From an uncultured Gammaproteobacteria bacterium (lineage in GTDB: Bacteria > Patescibacteriota > Microgenomatia > Daviesbacterales > UBA10151): a stretch of DNA of 64,000 nucleotides. Below the pieces are notes generated by a model. The model saw nothing but the letters and a program-made list of their open reading frames with translations. It was not told where the DNA came from and searched no databases. Where the stretch lies: NCBI GenBank assembly GCA_964406775.1, contig CAYOSW010000005.1, forward strand, positions 1,362 through 65,361. Reading direction: 5' to 3'. The position numbers and the translations under genes are program-made. Positions 63,661 to 64,000 of this stretch are shown one piece after another; within the stretch, counting starts at the first letter, position 1, and every line of letters begins with the position of its first letter.

Positions 63661-63890
63661 GCAACCAGCTTGTGTTGAGCAAAACAGCTCTGGGGTGATA
63701 TACAAGTAAGCTCATTTGAAGGGATGCTCGGTTTTGTGACAATTTCCAGTAGGTTGATTTTATTCCAGGTACTCATTTCAATAGCAGCCTTTAGGAGTTC
63801 ATCGCGGGTTGAGAATAAATGCTTACGTTCGGTACCCGGGCTCTGAGCAGTTGACCCTCTTGTTTCTGCGGATTTTTCAACTAAAGACAT
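63657..63890 (-). CDS. hypothetical small protein
   Basis: 77 aa ORF, convergent with the previous gene and overlapping it by 4 nt. Weak call. Confidence 0.2.
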   Translation of the reverse strand: MSLVEKSAETRGSTAQSPGTERKHLFSTRDELLKAAIEMSTWNKINLLEIVTKPSIPSNELTCISPQSCFAQHKLVA

Positions 63891-64000
63891 TGATCCTCCT
63901 TATTTGTACAATAAGTCTAACATTATTACTTCAAAAAATAAAGTACCTTTATATATTGAATTATATCGTATTTTTAACGGCAACGAATTTAGGGTGGACA

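Noticed and set aside
1-64000. CRISPR array search across all intergenic gaps longer than 100 bp.
   Set aside because: No series of regularly spaced direct repeats was found. The only repeats seen are the rpsG 3' duplicate, the tRNA-Met 3' duplicate and isolated palindromes.

Overview
The window is dominated by minus-strand translation and transcription machinery, with NO CRISPR array and several atypical inserts inside otherwise conserved operons.

Core content:
- The S10/spc/alpha ribosomal-protein block (rpsJ ... rplC-rplD-rplW-rplB-rpsS-rplV-rpsC-rplP-rpmC-rpsQ-rplN-rplX-rplE-rpsZ-rpsH-rplF-rplR-rpsE-rplO-secY-adk-map-infA-rpmJ-rpsM-rpsK).
- tuf, fusA, rpsG, rpsL, rpoC and rpoB.
- Then a mixed housekeeping/accessory region: tgt, phosphohexomutase, nadK, mltG, ruvX, trxB, Ni-SOD, glpX, class I aldolase, msrA, alaS and rodZ.
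- Two tRNAs, Met(CAU) and an unusual Ile(UAU), sit beside a Xer-type recombinase and a membrane-anchored FtsK/TraD-like ATPase.

General character:
- Gene density is high and overlaps are common.
- Many r-proteins and RpoB carry Lys/Glu-rich low-complexity tails.
- L30 and the rplKAJL genes are absent where expected.
- AlaRS is compact.
- This is consistent with a small-genome bacterium (possibly CPR/Patescibacteria-like; inference only).

Most unusual structure:
- The classical rpsL-rpsG-fusA-tuf operon is broken twice by inserted genes:
  - a degenerate P-loop STAND-like NTPase fused to an OmpR-type wHTH;
  - a stand-alone GreA-N-terminal-domain mini-protein;
  - a GC-richer ORF.
- A diverged duplicate of the rpsG 3' end lies beside the first insert.
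- The S10 operon is split between rpsJ and rplC by an antisense YhbQ-type GIY-YIG gene plus a terminator hairpin.
- A 15-nt duplicate of the tRNA-Met 3' end marks an att-like scar.

Two small conserved genes (L36, S14 type Z) are missing from the ORF track and were recovered by hand.
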